Assembly: GCA_964016885.1 (NCBI GenBank) | Contig: OZ024744.1 | Location: forward strand, 97,092,001 to 97,156,000 | Direction of reading: 5' to 3' | Source of the DNA: Eledone cirrhosa | Taxonomy: Eukaryota | Length of the DNA: 64,000 nucleotides | In this document: positions 55,301 through 64,000 of the stretch, piece after piece | Layout: every line of letters starts with the position of its first letter | Numbering within the stretch: position 1 is the first letter of the stretch | Position numbers and translations under genes: made by a program | The notes under the pieces: model-generated | Told to the model about the DNA's origin: nothing | Seen by the model: the letters and a program-made list of their open reading frames with translations, nothing else | Databases searched by the model: none

Positions 55301-58194
55301 CACTTCTAACACCACACAACTACTAACAACATACCACCACTAACACCATACCAGCACTAACACCGCACCACCACTAACACCATACCAGCACTAACACCAT
55401 ACCAACACTAACACCACACCACCATTAACACCTTACCACGAACTAACAACACACCACCACTAACACGACACCACCACTAACATCACACCACCAGCAACCT
55501 CACACCACCACTAACACTATACCACTACTAACACCATACCACCACTAGCACTATACCACTACTAACACCATACCATCATTAACACCATGGCCCGACTAAC
55601 ACCACGCCACTACTAACACCATACCACGATTGACACCATATCAACATTAACACCATACCACCGCTAAAACCACATCACCACTAATACCACACCATCGCTA
55701 ATAACACACCACCACTAACACCACACTACTAATAACACCATACCACCACACCATCACTAACACCACACCAACACCATACCACCACAAACACCACACCGCT
55801 ACTAACCCCACACCACTACTAACACCACACCACCACTAACACCATATCACTACTAACACCAACACCACTAACACCAAGCCACCACTAACACCGAGCCACC
55901 ACTAACACCATACCAACACTAACACCATACCAACACTAACGCCATACCACCACTAACACTATACCAACACTAACACCATACCAACACTAACACCATACCA
56001 GCACTAACACCATACCTCCACTAACACCATACCACCACTAACAACATGCCCCCACTAACACCATACCACCACTAACACCATACCACAACTAACACCATAT
56101 CACTACTAACAACATACCACCACTAACACCATACCAACACTAACACCACACCACCACTAACACCTCACCACCACTAACACCATACCAACACTAACACCAT
56201 ACCACTACTAACACCATACCACCAATAACACCACCACCTTAACACCACGCCACCCCTAACACTATACCACCATTGACACCACACCACCAATAACACTATT
56301 CCACTACTAACACCATAACAACACCAACACCACACCACCATTAACCTCACCGTAACACTAACACCACGCCACCACTAACACCCCACCACCACTAACACCA
56401 TACCAACTCTAACACCACACCACACAAACACCACACTACCACTAACACGACACCACCACTAACATCACACCACCAGCAACCTCACACAACCACTATACCA
56501 CTACTAACACCACAACACTATAACACCATGACCACTAACACCACACTACCACTAACACCTTGCCCCCACTAACACCATACCACTACTAACACCACCACCT
56601 CTAACACGATGCCATTACTAACACCATACCAACACTAACACTATACCACAACTAAGACCATACCACCACTAACACCATACCACCACTAACACCACCACCA
56701 CAAACGCCACACCACCATTAAAGCCCTACCACCATTGACACCATATCACCATTAACACCATATCACCGCTAACACCACACCACCGCTAACACCACATCAC
56801 CACTAACACCACACCATCGCTAATAACACACCACCAACTAAAACCACACCACTACTAACACCATACCATGACACCATCACTAACACCACACCACCACCAA
56901 CACCATATCACCACAAACACCACACCACCATTAACACCACAACGCTACTAAACCCACACCACTACTAACACCACACCACCACTAACACAATACCACAACC
57001 AACACCATCCCACCACACCAATACTAACACCATACCACTACTAACAACACACCACCACTAACATCACACCACCACTACCACCATACCACCACTACCACCA
57101 TACCAACACTACCACCACACCACATCTAACATCACACCGTCACCAACCTCACCCCACCACTAACACCATACCACCAATAACACCACCACCTTAACACCAC
57201 ACCACCCTAACACTATACCAGTATTGACACCATATCACCTTTAACACCACGCCACCACTAACACCACACCACCAATAACACCCCACCACCAATAACACTA
57301 TTCCACTACTAACACCATACCAACACCAATTCCACACCACCACTAACACCACACCACCATTAACATCACAGTAACACTAACACCATACCACCACTAACAC
57401 CATACCACCACTAACAGCTCACCACCACTAACACCATACAACCACTAAAACCACACCACCACTATCATAATCCACCACTAACCCCATACCAGCACTGACA
57501 CAACACCACATCTAACACCACACCACCTCTAAAACAACACCACCACTGACACAACACCACCACTAAGACCAGATCACTACTAACACCATACCACCACTAA
57601 AACTACACCACCACTAACACCATACCACCACTAACACCATACCAATATTAACATCATACCACCACTAACACCACACCACCACTAACACCATACCACCACT
57701 AACACCATACCACCACTAACACCATACCAATATTAACATCATACCACCACTAACACCACACCACCACTAACACCACACCAAAACTAACATCACACCGCCA
57801 CTGACACCATACCACCACTAATACCGCACCATTACTCACACCATACCACCACTAACACCACCTCCACTAACACCATACCACCACTAACACCATACCACCA
57901 TTGACACCATACTACCATTCACACCATACCACCACTAACACAATACCAACATTAACACCACACCGCCACAAACACCACACCACTGCTAACACCACTCCAC
58001 CATTAACACCACACCACCACTAACACAACACCACCACTAACACCATACAACCACTAGCACCATACCACCACTAACACGACCACCACTAACACCACACCAC
58101 CACTAACACCACACCACCACTAACACCACAGCACCACTAGCACCACAACACCACCAACACCACACCACAACTAACACCACACCACCACTAACAC
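43383..58194. repeat. C/A-rich satellite array with three sub-domains
   Basis: Roughly 80-90-bp units to about 45290, triplet-register units to about 50000, then a degenerate 17-bp unit AACACCAYACCACCACT. Confidence 0.95.
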
Positions 58195-58429
58195 TGTAGT
58201 AAGACGCCTCACGCTCCTTGATAGAACAACGCCGGTTGAGAACGCCAGAAAGAAAAGACAGACAGCCACTGGAAAGCCGACTGATCACACGCCAGATACC
58301 AGCCTCTGTACCACACCATTGTTTGTGCTACATCAAAAAATAAACGTATATTTCATCTCTAATTTCTGCTGTTGAAATCATTATTATGTCACTCGTGTCT
58401 CAAAAACATCTATAAACCATACTGCTAAA
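58195..58429 (+). repeat. 5' LTR
   Basis: TGTAG...CTAAA; about 95% identical to 63459-63692 by manual count; contains AATAAA. Confidence 0.93.
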
Positions 58430-58430
58430 G

Positions 58431-58443
58431 TGGTGACCGACGT
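58431..58443 (+). promoter_or_regulatory. Primer binding site, tRNA-Trp-like
   Basis: TGGTGACCGACGT versus the expected TGGTGACCCCGACGT (2-nt deletion). Confidence 0.7.
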
Positions 58444-59302
58444 AAGAATTTAACGCAGCCCTTCTTTTTCATTCAATTGAACTTTTATTGCCACATTGCC
58501 GGCCTTTTTTTCGCAACTTGCGACGATATAATTTTTTCTTTCAAAGTTTTTTTTGAAAAATTAGTAGTATTTCAAAAACTTTTCGCTACACTCGACAACA
58601 ACAACAACGACAGCAGCAGCAGCAGCGACAACATTGTTTAACCACTGACCAAAAGAGGGAATAGTGAGTGGCAACTTCATAGCCCTACCGACGCAAACCA
58701 CCACACATCGGAAATTTCAAAACGATTCATTCGTGTCGATAATTTAGAGCAGCCCTTTTTATTCACTTGAATATTTCACTGCTGTTGCCAACCTTTTCGC
58801 AACTTACACAAAACAAAAAAAAAAAAATGTTTCCAAGGTGGCGTTGCGTTCCTTCCCCGTTTTGTAATTTTCCGACGGAGACATTTTTTGATCAAAAGAG
58901 AAGAGAAAAAACTTTTTTTGTGAACATTACTGCCCCGCATGGGGATATACATGCCTTACCTTTTTCTAAGGGATTTTTAGCCACTGGCTACCTTTGTTGA
59001 TATCCAACGCGGATATAATTTTAAAAAAACAAACATTTTTTTTTCCTCTTTTTTACCTTATTTGATTTGGCTGGTTCGTTGAAGCAACGCGAGGGGACAG
59101 ACGTTGAAGGAATTTTTTATTTTTTAAAGATATATATATGTATTTTATGTATTTTTCATATTTCCTAATGTTTTGAATGTCTGTTTCTTTTTGACCTTTA
59201 ACTTTTTCTCAATTTTGGCTGTTCTCTTTTCACTGTACAAGGGTACATTAATTGCTGTTTAGATATATATGTATATATTTTTTTTAAATTTTAAGCGTTA
59301 AC

Positions 59303-60089
59303 ATGAATGTGCCACATTTGCCCGCCTTTACTGGAAAACCTAAGAGGCGGTTTGCCCAGTTACAGGCGTATTTTACGGTCTGTAAGACCGAGTCTGACCA
59401 GCGCCTCGCTGTCCATATTAGCGGACTTCCCCCTAATCTAGCAGATTCGGTCAAAGACCTAATTACAGATCCCCCCCCCCCCCCCATTTGACTTAATGTA
59501 TGAGTCTTTGAAGGGCGAGATTTTGAGGAGGAATTGTAAGTCGGTAGAGAGTCGTTTTCGGTCATTGGTCGAGGACGAACGATTAGGTGACAGGACCCCT
59601 ACCGCTTTTCTCCGGCATTTGCGGGATTTGAGCGATTCCCAAGATCAGGATAGCCCTTTCCTGAAGCAATTGTTCTTCTCTCGCCTACCTCAAGAGGTAC
59701 AGGCGATCCTAGCCCATATGCTAGAGGTAAATACCCTCAACCACATTGCTGTCTCTGCTGACAAAATTGTAGAGGTGACAAAGAGAGACACTTCGAAGCC
59801 AAAGTTCGTTGCTTCCTCTTCTCTTCCTCAATCGCGCTCATCAGTGTCTGATGACAAATTAATCACCACAATGGAAGCCATGACTCGTCAAATGGCGGAG
59901 TTGTGCCAGGAATTCAGGTCTTTTGGACGGCAGAGGAGCCGCTCACGACGTTATTCAACTTCTCGCCACCGTAGCCCTTCCAACACACCAGGAACACCAT
60001 ATTGTTATTACCATGAAAGATATGGTAAAAAAGCGGCCCATTGTAGGCCTCCTTGTGCTTACGAGGGAAAAGACGACCAGAGTCACTAA
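59303..60089 (+). pseudogene. gag: Gag (frameshift at the poly-C run near 59470)
   Basis: LPAFTGKPKRRFAQLQAYF...YESLKGEILRR...LGDRTPTAFLRHLR...CYYHERYGKKAAHCRPPC. Confidence 0.85.
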
Positions 60090-63000
60090 CGGCGGATAGT
60101 GCGCTCTGCGAAACAACATCCAACCGCCACTTTTTCATTGAGGACCTGCTGTCAGGTAGAGCTTTCCTGGTTGACACAGGTGCAGTTTGTTCAGTATGGC
60201 CTGTGTGTTGTATGAAGGAGACTCCCCTGAGACACCTATTGAGTTGCAGGCAGTAAATTGTTCGCCGATTCGAACTTTCGGACAAATCTCGTTACCTTTA
60301 CAGTTTCGTAATCTGCGGCGCGAGTTTAAATGGATATTTACTGTCGCTGCCTTGCCGTATCCGATTCTAGGCGCGGATTTTCTCCACCATTTTTCATTGA
60401 CGGTAGACCTCCGTCGTAAACGCCTAATTGATGGCATCACTGGATTAACTGTTGTCGGCAAGGCAGCAGGAGTTCCAACGGTTAGCCCGACCTTTTTTCT
60501 TGCTAACACCGGTGATCCTTACCATGCGTTGTTGAACTCGTTCCCCGCAACTGACTCGGGGAAATTTTCGAGTTGATGAACCAACTCATACCACGGAGCA
60601 CTTCATATCTACAACTGGTGCTCCCGTTTTTTCTCGTCCTCGTCGCTTGCCTCCGGACAAACTCAAAGCAGCACGATCAGAGTTTGATCATATGCTGCAA
60701 ATGGGGATTATTCGTCCGTCCACGAGCCCGTGGGCGTCCCCATTACACATGGTACCGAAAGCGAATGGCGATTGGAGACCTACTGGAGATTATCGACGCC
60801 TAAATTCGATAACGGTACCGGACCGTTATCCTATCCCTCATCTGCAAGACTTTGCGTCTTCGTTGCAGGGATGCAAGATATTCTCCAAACTGGATTTAAT
60901 TCGTGCGTACCATCAAATTCCTGTCCATAAAAATGACATTCCAAAAACGGCTATAGTTACGCCATTTGGGTCTTTCGAGTTTTTGACTATGCCGTTCGGA
61001 TTAAGGAATGCCGCTAGTACTTTTCAGCGGTTTATGGATGAGTTTACTCGCGGCCTCGATTTCGTCTATACCTATATTGACGACCTGCTCATTGCTAGTT
61101 CTTCTCAAGAGCAACATACGCACTATTTGAATCTTCTTTTCCGCCGATTGAAGGCGTATAACGTGCAGCTTAATGCACCCAAATGTGTTTTTGGTGCTGA
61201 GTCACTGACTTTCTTGGGTCACGTCATCGATGCTGACGGTATTCGACCCCGGCCTGAGCGAGTTAAGGTCATAGAGGATTTGCCTCCACCGACCTCACTA
61301 CGTCAGTTACGCCAGTTCTTAGGTCTGATTAACTTTTATAGGCGTTTCGTGCCAAATTGTGCAAAATTGCTTTTCTCCCTGACAAATTTTGAAAAATTGT
61401 CGAAGGAAGAACAAAGATATTTCTTTGACAGACACTCAACTTGCTGATTTTCAGCACGCCAAAACTGTTTTGGCTAATGCTTCGTTACTGACTCACCCGG
61501 TACCCGGTGCAAAGCTAACGCTTTGTGTTGATGCATCGGATATCGCTGTGGGCGCAGTACTACAGCAAAACATCAATGGTTACCAGCAACCGCTGGAGTT
61601 TTTTTTCCAGAAAGCTGAAACCTGCTGAGACGCGCTACAGCACCTTTGGAAGAGAGCTTTTAGCCATCTATTTGGCCGTGAAACATTTTTCACATGTGCT
61701 AGAGGGTAGACAATTTACTATCCTCACTGACCATAAACCATTGACTTTTGCTTTGAGAGCGAAGGCTGATAAATACTCGCCCAGAGAGACGAGACACCTT
61801 GATTTCATCTCGCAATATACGAGTGATATCCAGCACATACTGGGTTCACTAAATACAGCGGCCGATGCTTTGTCCCGCTTACCCGTGACAGCGATCTCGT
61901 CACCCTCTGACATAGATCTAACTCGATTGGCTGCGGATCAGCCTACCCTTGAGTCATTGGATGTTACATCGCCTGAGTTTGCGAATGGCGAGATGAAATA
62001 CTTGCCTCTGTCGACTGCAGTTGGCCAAATTCTCTGCGACGTCTCTTTGGACGTGCCTAGGCCCTTCGTTCCAGAGAATCATCGTCGGACCGTGTTTCTG
62101 GCATTACATAGTATCTCGCATCCAGGATCTTTTGCCACAGCAAAGCTCATATCAGCTAGATTTTTCTGGCCAAATATGAGGCGTGAAATTGCTGCTTGGT
62201 GCCGTTCCTGCGTCGCTTGCCAGAGATCAAAGGTCCATCGACACGTCAAGGCTCCCCTGGGTACCTTTGCTAACCCAGATGCGCGTTTTTCACATATTCA
62301 TATTGACATAGTGGGACCTTGGCCTGTCAGCGATGGTTTTTCTTATCTGCTGACCGTCATTGACCGTTTTTCGAGATGGCCTGAGGCCATCCCTTTGAAA
62401 AACATCACCGCGGAGACAACAGCACGTGCTCTTGTGTCTGGATGGATCTCTCGTTATGGAGTTCCATCCACAATAACTACCGACCGTCGACGACAGTTCG
62501 AGTCGAGCCTTTTCCTCGAGCTGTCAAAATTAATTGGTGCTAAACGCGTACCATCCCGCTTCGAATGGTATGGTGGAGCGTTTTCACTGACAACTGAAGG
62601 CCTCCTTAATGGCCTCAATGGACTCGGCGCATTGGAGAGAGTACCTCCCTATTGTGCTACTAGGGATTCGGTCAACGGTGAAGGTCGACTTTGGATTTTC
62701 ACCGGCCGAAGTACTGTACGGTGCCCCTCTGACGTTGCCCAGGCAAATGCTTGCCCCTATCGATCTTGATGCCCAAGATCACGCTTCCTACGTGTCCCGT
62801 TTGCGCTCCTATTTCCAGGATTTTCCCGCCAATGGGCACTAGGAAACAAACTGTCAAGACTGCTGTCCCGAGGGATATTGCCTCGTGGACGCATGTCTTT
62901 GTAAGGAAAGATTCTGTGAAGCCCCCGCTCACACAGCCTTACACTGGACCTTACCGTGTCTTAGCGCGCTCGGCTAAGCATTTCACGTTAGATATTAAGG

Positions 63001-63233
63001 GATCCAGGGAGACAGTTAAAATAGACAGGCTTAAGCAGGCGCACCTTGACACGGACGCTGTGGTTCCTGATCCACGAACTCCTTCGTATTTGCCTGTTGA
63101 GCGAACGCCTGTTCCTGAACCACCATCATCACCTATCCCTACACCACCACCATCGCCACGTTACAAGACCACGACCCGTTCAGGTCGTAGGGTCCACTGG
63201 CCCAAAAAATTTTGCAGCACCGTCTATATTTAG
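60090..63233 (+). pseudogene. pol: Pol polyprotein (protease, RT, RNase H, integrase) with several frameshifts
   Basis: FLVDTGA; [10 protein letters not shown]...YIDDLLIAS; [14 protein letters not shown]...TDHKPL; H..SHPG..CRSC, HIDIVGP, ITTD; PYTGPY. Confidence 0.93.
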
Positions 63234-63458
63234 ACTATGTTAGCTGCACCTTTTTTTTGGCCTCTGTGTTTCTGCTTTTTCTTTGCCTTGTTTTTTATGC
63301 ATGCATGTTGTTGTTTTTTTAACATTTTTCAAATCCTTATTCTGGATTCAATTTTTGGTAGAGCGAATAGCTCCCCCTTGTTGCATTGTTCGCCATCTTA
63401 CTCCACATGTGAGTAATAACATCGATTTTCGATGATTTGAAAATCTGGCAGGGGATAC

Positions 63459-63692
63459 TGTAGTAAGACGCCTCACGCCTCTTGATAGAACAACTCTGGT
63501 TGAGAACGCGAGAAAGAAAAAACAGACAGCCACTGAAAAGCCGACGGATCACACGCCAGAAACCAGCCTCTGTACCACACCATTGTTTGTGCTACATCAA
63601 AAATAAACGTATATTTCATCTCTAATTTCTGCTGTTGAAATCATTATTATGTCACTCGTGTCTCGATAACATCTATAAACCATACTGCTAAA
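63459..63692 (+). repeat. 3' LTR
   Basis: Matches the 5' LTR; preceded by GGCAGGGGATAC and followed by the ACAC TSD. Confidence 0.93.
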
Positions 63693-64000
63693 ACACCATA
63701 CTACCACTAACATCATACCACCACTAATACCACCACCACTAACACCACACTACCACTAACACTAAACCACCACTAACACAACACCACCACTAACACCACA
63801 CCGCTACTAACACCATACCACCACTAACACCACACTGCGAACTCCATACCAGTGGTAACACCACCACCACTAATACCACAACACCACTAACTCCACACCA
63901 CCACTAACACCATAGCACCACTAACACAATACCACCTCTAACACCACACCACCACTAACACCACACCACCACTAACACCATGCAACCACTAACACCCTAC
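63693..64000. repeat. Continuation of the 17-bp C/A-rich satellite
   Basis: Same unit as 50000-58194. Confidence 0.95.

Larger units (their letters stand above)
58195..63692 (+). mobile_element. Full-length Ty3/Gypsy LTR retrotransposon, CsRN1-like clade, frameshifted
   Basis: Two LTRs, ACAC TSD, tRNA-Trp-like primer binding site, purine-rich tract before the 3' LTR, gag-PR-RT-RH-IN order and CHCC Gag knuckle. Confidence 0.95.

Noticed and set aside
50000-58194. CRISPR array or canonical telomere
   Set aside because: There are no unique spacers or cas genes, and the unit is a degenerate 17-mer rather than (TTAGGG)n.

Overview
This is a repeat-saturated, AT-rich eukaryotic window with no recognisable host gene. 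The SINE families and the (TA)n/(CA)n load suggest a cephalopod such as Octopus (inference). Positions 1-43 kb are a mosaic of tRNA-derived SINEs, 5'-truncated LINE relics (RTE, CRE and R4/Dong-like), MITEs (hAT, piggyBac-like, Mutator-like), a decayed hAT transposase and four Penelope-like (PLE) GIY-YIG fragments, two of them with long inverted pseudo-LTRs. Positions 43.4-64 kb are a C/A-rich satellite array interrupted by a full-length, frameshifted CsRN1-type Ty3/Gypsy LTR element. The main signal that the ORF track misses is a dense and diverse set of type I hammerhead ribozyme (HHR) motifs, about 18 full or decayed motifs plus several half-motifs, all found by eye. They include two non-coding ~470-bp partial-tandem retrozyme-like loci, U3-A8 core variants and recurrent fold-back palindromes that turn on HHR helices. 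Most ORFs in the supplied track are microsatellite artefacts. All RNA structures were paired by hand and not computed.
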